This document shows, in pieces, positions 48,296 to 61,667 of a stretch of 64,000 nucleotides of DNA. The stretch's first letter is position 1. Every line of letters begins with the position of its first letter. Both the position numbers and the translations under genes were made by a program. The DNA comes from Octopus sinensis (Eukaryota), in the NCBI RefSeq assembly GCF_006345805.1, contig NC_043007.1, positions 73,036,001 through 73,100,000 on the forward strand. The letters are read 5' to 3'. The notes beneath the pieces were generated by a model that made no database searches, was not told where the DNA came from, and saw nothing but the letters and a program-made list of their open reading frames with translations.

Positions 48296-50094
48296 TTCGT
48301 CTTTGAAGTATGATTTCAACTTCTTTTTTCCTTTGGTTTCTGTATTTTGGGTTCTTTTAGTATTCTGACACCATGTTGTTGTTATATATATATAATGTAT
48401 TGAGTATTAAAGGAAGTAGTGAGTACTTAGTATGAAAGATTAAGAAAATGAGAGAGACTGAAACAACGTGTTAACGATACAAGATACTTTATTCGACTGC
48501 CGTTGTTGTACAAGTTAATTGTTTTGGCGGGAAACAAAGTGAAAGTCCTTTTATCAAGGGAGACAATGGGCGACGTTGATTGTTCATGTTTGTTGTGATG
48601 ATTATATAACAGCATTAACTACTCCTGTACACAGGACAAAAAAAAGAACCTGGTTTATATTTCCACTCCTTTATATCTTTTTCCACATCACATAGACTAT
48701 TCACCAAGTTCTTTTGAAACAAATTTAACCTAAGTAAAAAATAGCAGTACAAACACTCTTTTACTAGTTATAGTCATTGGACTGCAGCTATACTCAGTGA
48801 TTCAGTAAACAGGCATTAACAAAATGTAAGTTATTTTTATTAAATTCCTCATTATTTTCAGAATTAATTGAAACAAATACAATGTATTTAAACAGAAATA
48901 TGATATTGAAACTATTAAATAATAAAACAAAAAAAAAAGACTTATAATAATTGTATATGAAGACTTGATTGCATCTAAAGTGTTAAAATTATCTCTATTC
49001 TAATTAAGTGACAGTCATATGGTTTATTATTTTGAAGTAGTTACACCCATCTTCTTGATGTTCAAGTTATTACACATAGGATTGTCCTAACACATTTAGT
49101 CTTTTACATTTTTTCCTGCTGTTCTCATCTATTTTCAAATGTTTTCCTGATAACAAGTGTTTCATGATGACAATCATGTTAGATATTTATAAATTCATTT
49201 TGGGTTCCTGAGAGGATGACAGCACTTAAGGGACTGGATTCACACCCCTGAAATGGGTGTGTATTTTATTACACACATTCTATTTTTGCATAATTATCAG
49301 ATTAGCGTGAAAGGATGGTGAAGACATTAAGAAATTAATTGGTGGAATTTCCAAGTAGGTGCCAGGGTATTTACTTTCATATTCATGGAATCTTTGGTTA
49401 CTAGTGAGGGAAAATTATTGGTCATTGAAATTCTTTGATGCAAGTGACCTCAACGACATCCACTTTCAAAAGAATGGTCACTGCATTCATATATAGTTTA
49501 TTCTCTCAAACACTATTCTCAATCAGATGGATATATCAGCAGTAAAGACTGAGCATCTTTGATTCCTTTAAGCTTTTCTGTTGCCTCCATTGCAACCAAA
49601 TTCTCACAGTTATCAATAAAATTTGGCCTCTGCTAATCCTATTTTTGAAGACATCTACTTTAGCATTTATCATTTTAGTTTTCTTCAAATATCACAAATC
49701 TTCCTCACTCTCTCTCCACCCCATTCAAGTGGCTCTGGAAGGGTTGTTGTTCCCAATTACTGCAGGCTAATTTCTCTCTTCTTTCATTCAATGTTTTGTT
49801 CAACCACTGATTCTTTGCACTTATCCAATATTTCACACTCACCCTCTAAATCAGTGGTGTCTATTGATACTTTTGATTCCTATTTTACTCTAGTGCCTGC
49901 CTCCCACAAAGCCATTCCATGATTAAAAACTAGTTTTATAGATACTTCTTTCAATATTCCTATTTTGTTTTCCACTCATTTACTTATGTAAATTTGCAAT
50001 AGCACTCTTTGAGAGAACATTTCTCAGAAGCTGGAAACATGTTACTATATAAAGAGTTTGAGAAAGAAACCTGTTTATTGCAATAAATACATCT

Positions 50095-50224
50095 ACAGCC
50101 CAATTTTTCAAGGACCCCTAAAGATACTACCATGAATCCCCAACCTAATATTCTGTTCGTGTGAGCCTCCAGAAATCTTAGATAGACCCTCAGGGGCCAT
50201 ATGAACCCCCATTGAGAACCACTG
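50095..50224. mobile_element. hAT-Charlie/MER5-like terminus
   Basis: Ends TTGAGAACCACTG (reverse complement CAGTGGTTCTCAA), a typical Charlie-group TIR. The partner end was not found. Confidence 0.4.
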
Positions 50225-51289
50225 CTTTTTACAGATATTACAGATACTTCAGAACACACACACACACACACACTCTCTCTCTCTCCTTTAAAATATACAT
50301 AACTCTTGCAACTCTGTGCACATTCTAGTCATACAAGTTGGTCAATTGGTCAGATTTTCAGTTTGTAGGTAAAATGCCAATGGCAGTAAATATTCTCCAT
50401 TTCTGAACCATTTGAAACTGCTAAACATGTGATGGAAACAATCTTACAATCTAAACATCTTGAAATTCTATGAACCAGCCACTTCCATGTGCTTTAGAAG
50501 AAACCAATCCTGTTGTGCTACATTGACTAAAACTAGAACCTATTGAAGAAATTAGCTACATGGTCATTCCTTAAAAGATATTCATTTTCAAATATAATCT
50601 ATAGAGTAAAATATGCTTAGTGCTATATAAACAGCAAGAAATTATGAAACTTATGACAGATCTGCAGGCATCAATGATGCACACAGACCCACCACACATG
50701 CTACATGTTTTGCATGTAGGCACAGTCTGGACTTCAAAGGCAGATTCTTTATAGTGTTACAGGAATATTGAGCAATCAGACTGCTATATTCAGCATCACA
50801 ATTTGTTAGAATATTACTCATGTTATCTTTTAGCATGTTTCTTTCTGAACCTTCACATATATTCAGTGCATCTTAATTGCTATGGGGAAATGAGATGGCA
50901 GAGAAGAAACAAAGTGATGGTAGACAGCAGTTGATCCAAGCTGACAACACAAAAGCAATGAACAGACAGTGGGCAGCAACACAAGCACCAGCCAACATTT
51001 TGATTGCTGCTACAATCACACCAATCCAAGAACAATTATCTTCAAATTCTATAAATGTTTTGCCATTCGTTGTAATAACATCTTTCATTGTTTATGAAAA
51101 GAATAAATATTTTGTTTATCAAAAATCCCAACAGATGACATGTGCTCTTCTTCATAACAATAGGAATCCTCTTCCATAGGTACCTCATTTCTTCAGACTT
51201 TCAACTACCAGCATAAGAAATTCTTTGGTTTCCCAAACCTTCATCAATTAGCCAGTATAAAAGTATATTCCTATGTTAGTGATAATCTT

Positions 51290-51698
51290 TACTCTTTTAC
51301 TCTTTTATCTGTTTCAGTCATTTGACTGCAGCCATGCTGGAGCACTGCCTTTAGTGAAGCAAATTGAACACAGGACTTATTCTTTGGAAGCCTAATACTT
51401 TTTCTATCGGTCTCTTTTGCTGAACAGCTAAATTATGGGAACGTAAACACACCAGCATCAGTTGTCAAGCGATGTTGGGGGGACAATCACAGACACACAA
51501 ACACACACATATATATATGTATACATATACATATATACGACAAGCTTCTTCCAGTTTCTGTCTACCAAATCCACTCACAAGGCTTTGGTCGGCCTGAGGC
51601 TATAGTAGAAGACACTTGCCTAAGGTGCCACGCAGTGGGACTGAACCCGGAACCATGTGGTTGGTAAGCAAGCTACTTACCACAGCCACTCCGGTGCC
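51290..51698 (-). mobile_element. SINE family A
   Basis: Homologous to the reverse complement of 2171-2582. Confidence 0.9.
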
Positions 51699-54482
51699 TA
51701 ACATTTTGAAGAATCTTTGCCAAACATTTTGAAGAAGCATCCATGTTGTCATTCAATCTTCTAAAAATAGCAGACAAATTTCTCTAAAATTGCACTATGC
51801 CTGGGAAAAAGAGAGCATGTCATGGCTGGAAGACTTTTAATCATGGATTTGTTGAACCAGGTAAAATGCATGAAAATAACCTCATGTTTTCTTCAAATAG
51901 TTACTCTGAAATATGGAAGAAACACAATTATTTATCCTCTCTGTAAGAAATTCAGTACACACATGCACACATATTTGATTAATGAGAGCGGCAGAAAATG
52001 GAAGATACAATTATGTTTATTAATCACTACAACTGTTTTGACCCATCTAGCATCGATCCCTCATGAATGGAATACTTAACAACTGGTTTAGGAGTATCCG
52101 TCGGTGTAGATGTGTATCTTCAGGTGATAATAAGATGTATCTCATTAAAATAACAACTGTTCTGCAAGATATCTTCTCAGTTTGTGTATCAAAAAGCAGT
52201 AAATTAAGGGATACAACTTCATTTTTATAGATCAATAATAAATAACAGATGCAAAAAGAAATGAATACACAATACAACAAAAAAAAAAGATTAAATATAA
52301 TAGTGCAAAGATATGGATGTATAAACGTCCTCAGGTTGTATGGTGCACAAAAACATCCACAATGATATAAGCATATGCACACTTGTGGTTTGGTGCACAT
52401 ATGCTTACACAGCAAATTAAAAGCTACTTAGTATTTATAAGAATAGGAAAGTTAGAATTAAATTTAATTCATCTATACCTTAAGGTAAATTATGATTATT
52501 AATTTGGTGAATGGTTACTTGAATTTATTTCTACTGCATTGTGCAAAAATGCAATTATAAGTATATACATACATATATGTATGTATGCAATTATAAGTAT
52601 ATAAGCATCTTGGGAGTCTTTCAGAAATTCTGTTATGATCTCATTGGTCCACAAAATAGAGAGGTATTCCTTGGAGCAGTCTGCATCTCATGGTATTGGC
52701 TCTTATATAATTCTGTGTGCCTTATTATAGACCAAGTTAGATCAAATTTAATTTTATCTTTCTTAAGATGCCACACAAAATCAGCCAGTATATAGTATAT
52801 AGCTTACTTTTCTGTTAAGGTATGATCAACAAAAAAGGCACTCCATCTGGTGAGAGATAAATATTGTTTGATGTACACAATATACAGTTATGAGTTACTA
52901 AGTTTCAAACTATTAGTAGCTCATAACTATACACTGTGCATATTAAACAATATATATATATATATACTAGCGGGCATCCTGGCCTTCAGCCTTGCCTGTT
53001 CAGTGTTGAAATGTGTTCATAATGCACATATTGGCATCTACCATAATGCCCATTTTCCTTACAATAAAAGTTGTTAAAAGGTATTTCAATATTGCACAAC
53101 ATAATTTTTAACATTTATTTACAATATATCACCAAATTTCACTTCACCAATTGAAAATACGATAGGTTGTAATCATAATACATGTAAGAGAAAGGATGTT
53201 CCAATAGTAGATCAACATGAAAGTGTTTTGCAGATAATCTGAATTTGTAGCAATTGGAAAATGCGTCTTGGCATAAACTACAAAATTGTAGTTGTGTTGT
53301 GGAGACCTTTTGGCCTCATAGACATTTTGTTTCTGCCTTTGAGACTATTATCATCAGTGTTTCTGGATGGTTATTTTCTTTTTGTGGCTATCAACAGAAA
53401 AGGCCATAGTCACTGCTATCGGTTGTCCAATGAATTTGATACATGGAAAGATAGGAAGAAATGTATGAAAAGAAGACTATCTTCACTACCTTCAGTGGGT
53501 GCTTTTCTATCAACTAAAATGGTTGAGACGTGCTTATCTGTAACTGCAAAGGGCTCCTCCCTCCCCATTTTCTGAAAAAGGAGTATTGTTAGTATTGGTG
53601 GTGGTAGTTGTGATAGTTGTAGTGGAGATGTCTCTGTAGTTGTGGTGCTAGTATATATATATATATATATATATAAAAGTATACCCGTATGAGTTATATG
53701 TTTAAAGATATAGGAGTATATGTTTATGTAGGTACATATAAATATACGTTGTGTTATGTTTATATGACAGAATGTATATGTAAAAACGTCAGTTTTTTGC
53801 ATGTATATACATATATATAAAAAAATGTTCACTTATGGCCATAACTACACAATTGTGCCCCCACAGAATTTGTTTTCTAACTTTCAGAAAAATGGATATT
53901 ATTAATGAAATTTTATACAAAAAGATTTCAGATGGTTTAGATTCCAAATATGTCAGAATTTGTTGTGAAAGATATTTTTTGCATGTCAGGAGAGCAGTTT
54001 TGGGAAATTCATATGATTTGGTTTTGATGGAGCAAAAAACGGTTTGCACAACAAATTCCAATAATTGGACTCTACACCATTAGAAGCATATTTGTAGAAA
54101 ATTTTACGGAAAAATATCCATTTTTCCTAAAATTATGAAGAAACAAATTCAGTGGGGCACTCTTGCATAGGTATGCCCTAACAGTAAAATGTGTTCCAAT
54201 GAAATAAACAAGTACATGGATTGCTATAGATAGAAGCCAATACACCACCAATTGCCCCCCTCCCCTTCATTCTGTTTCCAGAAAGTAAGTGCACAGTTAT
54301 CTGCTGAATGGTCAAATTAATTGAAATGACACAAAAAAAAAAACTGAAATATTATCAATTTTATTTAGTATTTTCGGTAGTCACTGTACAAACAGACAAA
54401 CAAACTTTGATTTTTATAAGGATACTAGCAGACCTCCCAGCCTTCAGCTTGGTCTGTACAGTGCTAGTATATATATATATAT

Positions 54483-54978
54483 ATTCTCTTTTACTTGTTT
54501 CAGTTATTTGACTGCTGGAGCACTGCCTTTAGTCAAACAAATCAACCCCAGGGGTTATTCATTGTAAGCCTAGCACTTATTCTATTGGGCTCTTTTGCTG
54601 AACTGCTAAGTTACAGGAATATCAACACACCAACATCGGATGTCAAGCAATCGTGGGAGGAAAAACATAGACACACAAATACATACATATACATTATATA
54701 TATATATATATACTTTCAGTTTTATTTCTTTATTGCCCACAAGGGGCTAAACATAGAGGGGACAAACAAGGACAGACAAAGGGATTAAGTCGATTATATT
54801 GACCCCAGTGCAGTGCATAACTGGTACTTATTTTATTGACCCTGAAAGGATGAAAGGCAAAGTCGACTTCGGTGGAATTTAACGTACGGCAGACAAAATA
54901 CTGCTAAGCATTTCACCCAGCATGCAAATGTTTCTGCCAGTTTGCTGCCTCTTTCAGTTTCTGTCTACCAAGCCCACT
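54483..54978 (-). mobile_element. SINE family A interrupted by a Meta/MESC-like SINE (54723-54950)
   Basis: A 10-bp direct repeat CTTTCAGTTT at 54713-54722 and 54951-54960 flanks the insert. Confidence 0.85.
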
Positions 54979-55074
54979 CTAAAATTTGAAACAAATTTAT
55001 TTTATAGTAAAGATTGTTTGCCAACATAACATGGCAGTCCTGGTTTAGGACTAATGTTGCTGTAATTTAGCCCC

Positions 55075-56010
55075 ATATTTTAATATGTGGTAGGACCACC
55101 TTTGGCGGGAATTACAGCTTGAATTCTACAAGGTATGGACTCGTACAAAGTTTGAATTGTTTCCAAAGGAATTTTTGTCCATTCTTCAGCTAAAACAGTC
55201 TCCAGTTCTTGTAGTGATGATGGTGGAGGATATCGACCCTTACTTGTTTTTCTAAAATGCACCATAAATGTTCACTAATATTGAGATCTGGGGACTGTGG
55301 TGGCCAGATAAGATGTTCAACTTCACTAGAATCTTCCTTGTGCCATTTAGTAAGGTAAAGGATCACTCGTCTGAGAAAATAACATTTTTCCACTGCTCTA
55401 GGGACCAATTCTGTAGATTTTTACTCCACTCAAAACGCTTTGCAATGTTTGTTTTTGAAAGTAGTGGTTTTCTGATTGCAGCCCTCCTGTGAAATCCAGC
55501 TTTGTGCAGCTCCTGTGAATACTTTTTGTGGAAACTGGGTTCTCGAGGTAGTCATTAAGCTCTGCAGTAATTTTGGGAACTGTACCTTTGTGATCCTTTC
55601 TAACAATTCGTATAAGTGTCCAACAGTCCCTATCTGAAAGTTTTGGTTTTCTTCTGGAGTTCTGTTTCAACGAGGAGGTTTTTCCCTCTTTCTCAAAGGC
55701 TGTCATTACTTTCGAGACAGTACTTCTTGATACACCAAACATTTCAGCTGTTTTCATTACGTTAGCGCCTGCCATATGAGCACCAACAATTTGACCTCTT
55801 TGAAAGTCCAATAGATCTGTCATTTAATGAATTTTAATTATCTTTTTTGATGATATCTGAAAAGAAACAATTTTAGCAAAACATATTAAGCAACACTAAT
55901 AATAAATCAAAAGAACATAAAAACAAACAAGCTTTTGACAGTTTTATAGATATTTCAAAATTATGATGCTATGATGCTAGGTGTTTCCATTATTTTGTCC
56001 AACCCCTGTA
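55075..56010 (-). mobile_element. Tc1-like transposon, internally deleted, one TIR retained
   Basis: ORF 55398..55823 (paired-like HTH). WKNVIFSDE joins almost directly to ...WPPQSPDLNISEHLW. TIR (TA)CAGGGGTTGGACAAAATAATGGAAACAC at 55981-56010. Confidence 0.9.
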
Positions 56011-56859
56011 CATGTACGCAGCTGTAAGTACACATGTAAGTACATACATATGTACATATACACACACACATACACACAACCATTCTCTTACATATTTATG
56101 TACACGTGGGCAAAAATTCTAAATAGATTAATAGCATTCGTCACTTGCTGACCTGGTGTAGCAAGAGACCAAAATCTGAGAATGAATTTGATGGTATGTG
56201 GACAGCTCTCAAAAGTTTCACTTTTAGCATTTAAACAGATGCTAGTGTCCAGTGATCTCTTCAGAATAATTCATTTTTCTGCATTAGAGAGTTTGAAACT
56301 TTTGCTTACTGTTGGGGTAGTGTTTGCATGTTTTTAGGATCTTCCAGTTAAATGATCAAAAGTTAATTTAGAACAAATAATTTATGTTAATCAAAATATA
56401 AACACAAACTCAAGACTAAGAATTATAATGAAATATTGATTTTTACACTTAAAGCTCACAGCAGAGCCATTTATGATTTCATTAAACAATAAAAAAAATA
56501 ATTTAAATAACTAGAAAAATGAAAAAGTATCAACTCTTACAAGATCAGTCAATTTATTGGTTCCTCAGTTTTGAGTTTGAGAGAGCAAGTAATCTCTGAG
56601 ATTATATTTTTTCTTTTTGAGATTCAGATTTACTGAATTCCAAATACCAACATATTCTAAGTGTCTTATAAAATTGTTCCCTCTTTCTTTACTGTAGAAA
56701 GTATCTGTTGTTCTCATCTTCTTCAAAAAGTGTAAAACATGACTTAAGACTATTTATATAAGAATTGAATAAAACAAATATTTTTGAGAAATACAAAATA
56801 ATTTATTAATAAATAAAAACGATTTACATAAAAAGTCTTGTCAGATATCTGTCAATTGT

Positions 56860-57085
56860 TGTTACATGTTGTGAAACATTGTTACACTTGCTGCACATTG
56901 TCACATGCTGTTACACATTTTGTTACATATTGTTACACACATTAGTTAGACATGACAGTGATACACATTGTTGAATACATATTGCACTTCATTACACATG
57001 TCATTACACATTGTCATTACATATGTTATACACTGTTCATTGATACATGTTGTTACACATTGTGGAACATGTTATTATACATTCT
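56860..57085. repeat. Degenerate ~10-11-bp tandem repeat (acattgttac-like)
   Basis: Read directly from the sequence. Confidence 0.75.
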
Positions 57086-57326
57086 GTGAAAGTTTTGGTC
57101 CTTTTTTTGGTTTTTTCTTAGTTTTAACAACTTCTTTTGGAATACTTGCCTATGGAAAAAAAAAGAATTTTCAATTAAGTAAACCAATATTTTTATCACA
57201 CACACACACACACACACATACACATGTATCTGTGTGCGTGTGTGTATATATATATATATTAAACTTTTAATACTTTTGATATATATATAAAAATAATATT
57301 AAAAAAAAATTAATTAATTAATAAAA

Positions 57327-57705
57327 TCTTTATATATAAAAGAGAAGTTGTGTGTCTGTCTCCTACGATTTAGATTCCTAACTACTCCCACATTTTGCGG
57401 TGCGGTTTAACCAAAACCGGGTATCTTATAGTCGTGATTCATATCGAGCCCTTCTGGGTATTAGCGCGCGTCAACAATGAGTATACGATTTTAAAAAAAT
57501 TTACCATCATTTTTTTCCATTTTAATGCATTTTTTTCGCTATTATATAAGGGAAGTAACTCTCTAAAAATGTCTACGATGAGTCAACGATTTAAAAATAA
57601 ATTTACCATCATTTTTTTCCCATTTTTAATGCATTTTTTTGGCTATAACTCTCTAAAAATGCTTATATAATTATTTCCCTTACAAAACCCGAGCGATACT
57701 GCTAG
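57327..57705 (+). mobile_element. Non-autonomous Helitron with an internal ~105-bp duplication
   Basis: A|TCTTTATATATAAAAGAGAAGTTGTGTGTCTGTC start and ...cccgagcgatactgCTAG|T end; duplicated acgatgagt...actctctaaaaatg block. Confidence 0.7.
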
Positions 57706-58634
57706 TAATATATAAATATAAAAATATACATACATACATATATATATATATATATTTGTATATATATATAAAATTTATACGTTTAAATTATTTAAATAAT
57801 TTTTTATTTTTAACTTTTATATTTTTAAATTAATTTAATGTATTGGCTTATGTTTTTCAGTTTGATTTGCTTAATAGTGGTTTTATCTCTAATTTAATAT
57901 AATATAACATAATATATTTATACTATAAAATTGGATTTAATCCTAAATCTAATTTTTCCCTGTAAGTTTGGATTTATTCCCTAATATTATTATTATATAT
58001 ATATATATATATAACATGGGTTGGCTATACTTTAATGAGAAAAAGATTTTAAAGTTGAAAAATACCTATGTTTACAAAATATTAGATATGTAGATTATGC
58101 ACTAAAGAATCCATTAACATACTCCATACGAGTAGAGAAATATCATTAAATATATCGGATGCTTTAATATATTGATAATTGAAACATCAATTCCAACCTT
58201 TCATCCGCAATATATTTTAGAATAGCTGTAAATGCATCATTTTTCTGTAAGATTTGTAGTGTATTTAGCCTTATTTTAGTTATCTGAACAAATTTTTATT
58301 GCAACATAGGATACCTGGTCCAAGTATGAAGTCTTAATATCTCTTAAATAATTTTTTTAACTTTTCAAATAATCCCTGAAAGAAATGTGTATATTCAAGA
58401 TGGGCACAAATAGTTCACCCAATCTGAAATACCTTTCCTGAAACGGCTATAGGATATATATGAATTTGATCTCTGGACTTAAGTATTTGCTTTTTTTAGC
58501 TACCCATACATCTTTTTAATATTTTCGATTTTACAATGCATTGACCATGTAGATTTAACCTGCAACCTTTTTATGTTTTAGAACGGATTTACAATTTCAT
58601 GCGATCTCATACAGATATATATTTTATATTTATA

Positions 58635-58945
58635 TCATCATCATCATCATCGTTTAGCATCCGCTTTCCATGCTAGCATGGGTTGGACGGTTCAACTGGG
58701 GTCTGGGAAGCCAGAAGTCTGCACCAGGCCCAGTCTGATCTGGCAATGTTTCTACGGCTGGATGCCCTTCCTAACGCCAACCACTCCGTGAGTGTAGCAG
58801 GTGCTTTTTACGGGCCACCGGCACAGCTGCCAGACGAGGCTGGCAACGGCCATGATCGGATGGTGCTTTTTACGTGCCACTGTCACGGGGGCCAGACGAG
58901 GCTGGCAACGGCCACGAATGGATGGTGCTTCTTACGTGCCACCGG
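58635..58945 (-). mobile_element. RTE-type 3' tail with a 62-bp tandem repeat (~2.4 units, 58800-58945)
   Basis: (CAT)n-cgtttagcatccgctttccatgctagcatgggttggacgg, then gtgctttttacg.gcca...ggctggcaacggcca repeated. Confidence 0.85.
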
Positions 58946-59199
58946 CACATTTATATACTATATATTTTATATGATGAATTATATCTTTTAAAAAATATAT
59001 TGAGGAAATTAATGTTTTTTGATTGTCAATATCTCAAAAGTTGCCTTTTCATTGAAACCTACATTATTCTATAGTCTCTTAGCTCTATTTACAGAATACT
59101 AACTTATTGTTTTGTATAGGAAATTCATTTCCTCCTATTTTCTTCTCTTATTCCTCACTACACCACATGACTTTACACATCACATCACATATGATGTGC

Positions 59200-59850
59200 C
59201 ATACTAATACATACACCAACGAATACATACTAATACGTACTAATACATACTAGTACATACTAATACTTACACCAACCCTATACATACACATGTCCAGACC
59301 CCGCATACGCACTTATACTCTCTCACACACACACACACATACCTATACATACCAATACGTACTAATACATACTAATACATACTAATACATACACCAACCC
59401 CATACATACGCACGTCCAGACCAATCTTACGCACTAATACTCTCTCATACACACACACACACACACACACCCTTATACATACTAATACATACACCAACCC
59501 TATACATACACACATCCAGACCCCTCCCACGCACTTTTAGCTGGTCCCTCAACCCTTTTATCAACCCTATTATCTCCCCTTATTTCGCTCTCGCGTCTCA
59601 TGTTTGATCTTTGACCTCTGGCCGAAATCAGATCGCCATGTTGATTCGTTAGCTACTGCACGCATTTTTTTTCTCTCCTTCTTTCTGTGTTTTTTTCTCT
59701 CTGTGTATCTTTCTGTTGAAGAGCGTAGGCTCGAAACGTTAAAGACTTGTTTTATTTATATTTCCTGAGCGCCATACTAATACAATTGTTCGTTTGTTTT
59801 CCACCTGCCTTCGTCTTTTGTTTATTTTCATAAAGCTTCCCGTTATATAT
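59200..59850 (+). mobile_element. Penelope-pLTR-like remnant: ~130-bp minisatellite x3 plus a hammerhead-like fold
   Basis: Three catactaatacatacaccaacc...tccagacc...cgcact units, followed by the fold at 59708-59745. Confidence 0.55.
59708..59745 (+). ncRNA. Minimal type-I hammerhead-like fold with variant core CUGUUGA
   Basis: UCUUU-CUGUUGA-A-GAGC(GUAG)GCUC-GAAAC-GU-U-AAAGA. Stems I and II are perfect, stem III is the palindrome ACGU, and A6 is replaced by U. Confidence 0.55.
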
Positions 59851-59911
59851 ATATATATATATATACGTAAATGTCAAACAATGAAATGAGTGCTCAACAC
59901 TGCATTGGTGG

Positions 59912-60236
59912 ATATATTTCTTTATTTGTAGATTTTTCAAGCCGACCACACGAAGAAAGGTGTTCACCTCCATTCTGGAAAACAGTCTTGCTTCTTTCAT
60001 GGGATTTTTCATAAATTCGTGTAAATAAAACAATGAATCAACAAATCAAGGGACGTTTCATTGAGTCATTGTTTTCCCAAGAAATCCTGTGAATGAAGTG
60101 AGACTATTTTCCAAAATGAAGGTGAACACCTTTCTCTATGTGATCAGCTTGAAAAATTAAGACACTAGAATATTTTCCTACTTTTCTCAACATGAAACCA
60201 ATGGTAGCCCTAATTCACAAATAAAGAATATATATA
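59912..60236. mobile_element. Foldback MITE with long TIRs in a TA context
   Basis: aaggtgttcacctccattctggaaaacagtc pairs with gactattttccaaaatgaaggtgaacacctt; outer tctttatttgt pairs with acaaataaaga. Confidence 0.75.
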
Positions 60237-60379
60237 TATATATATATACACACACATATATATAAATATGTGTGTATGTGTTGTATATGTGTGAGTGTGT
60301 GTGTGTGTGTGTATATATATATACACACATGTATACATATGCACGCATACATGACATAATGCATATTTCTAGAACTTAA

Positions 60380-60594
60380 CCCTATAGCATTCAGATTATT
60401 TTGTCAAGCATAATGTTTATTTATTCAAATTGGTTTGAATTTAATCATACAATATCTTGTAGCTTCCTGGTTTCATTGATGTAATAGTCTATTTTTAGAA
60501 TGACATTGTATGGTAGGTGTGACAGAATTTGGTCAATTTAAACATAATGCATGTAGGATTTTGGTGCCTGCTATGATCGGTTTAAATGCTAGAG
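60380..60594. mobile_element. piggyBac-like MITE flanked by TTAA
   Basis: TTAA|CCCTATAGCATTCAG ... TTTAAATGCTAGAG|TTAA. Confidence 0.55.
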
Positions 60595-61119
60595 TTAAAC
60601 ATGTATTATATCTAATACAAGTAGTAATTAAAAAGCAAAATTAAAATAAGGTGGAAATATGTGAATTCACACAATAAAGAAAATTCTAATGAAAAATAAT
60701 TAAAAAAAAGTGCAACAAACCAAACTATTTTGCTAATAGAATCACTTTTATAACTAAAAACCATTACTGAGACCTGTTTTCAAATAAATACTTTAGCCAC
60801 AGCACCACAAAGGTGTTTTGATTTGCTTTATCTCAAGAACAATTTGGAAGGAAACAAATTAACACACAGATATTTTTAAGTTTCAGATACAAAACAAATG
60901 TATTAAGAATAAAATTGAGAAGGAGTGAAGCTCAAAAACATTAATTTGAAGCTGACGAAAAATATTTTAAGGAAAGAAATGAGACGGGATGGATGTCACT
61001 GTAATTATCAAAAAGAAACTACAAAAGAAACAAATTTAATTATCATAATTATTGTTATTATTATTATTATAGGAAGGCTTAAAGCAGTGACTCAAAATTT
61101 GAAACCATTATTATAAGAC

Positions 61120-61320
61120 TTATTGGTGGTGAACTGGCAGAATCTTTAGCATGCCAGGCAAAATGCTTTTAAGTTCAAATTCCATGAAAATAGACTCTGC
61201 CTTTCATCCTTTTGGAGTTGATAAAATAAGAACCAGTTGAGTACTGGGGTCGATGTAATTGACTTACTCCTCCCCTCGGAAACTACTGGCCCAGTGCCAA
61301 AACTTGAAGCCATTATTACA
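61120..61320 (+). mobile_element. Meta/MESC-like SINE
   Basis: ggtggtgaactggcagaa...gttcaaattcc...gcctttcatccttttggagttgataaa. Confidence 0.75.
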
Positions 61321-61667
61321 GGAATCATACTATGATTCAGAAGTGCCTGCTCAGACTGTTTGGCCATGTTGTTCAATTTTCTGAGTTAGACCCTGCTTAG
61401 TGTGTTCCCTTCGCTGAGTGTCCAACTGGACTGATGGCTCATGTTGGTCAACCACATGCCACATAGTCATGGCAACCGAGGAGGTAGCTCCAGGAGATGG
61501 GGACTGACAGGGACTCTGGTCAATGGGTCACCTGGGAGGACCAGGAATATACCAATAAATGGTGAATGCACTAATGTGCTGCCATGGCACATATATATAT
61601 ATATACACACACATATATATATATATATACACACACATATATATATATATACACACACATATATATA

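Larger units (their letters stand above)
44072..48611 (-). mobile_element. Full-length Ty3/gypsy (Mag-like) LTR retrotransposon, recent insertion
   Basis: 238-bp LTRs (44072-44309 and 48374-48611) with TG...CA ends and 2 mismatches; 5-bp TSD GCATT; PBS TGGTGTCAGAAT (tRNA-Leu-like); A-rich PPT ...AAAAGGAAGA. Confidence 0.97.

Noticed and set aside
50340-51240. Hydrophobic ORF 50873..51088 suggesting a membrane protein
   Set aside because: Surrounded by stops with no splice logic; weakly resembles a decayed hAT/Charlie transposase segment (AAHCLF), too uncertain to call.
51800-53600. Coding-like composition, with a Helitron-type CTAG end near 52968
   Set aside because: All frames are interrupted and no recognisable motif is present; left unclassified as old transposon debris.
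58800-59550. Regularly spaced repeats as a possible CRISPR-like array
   Set aside because: Units are contiguous degenerate tandem repeats without unique spacers, the context is eukaryotic, and there are no cas genes.
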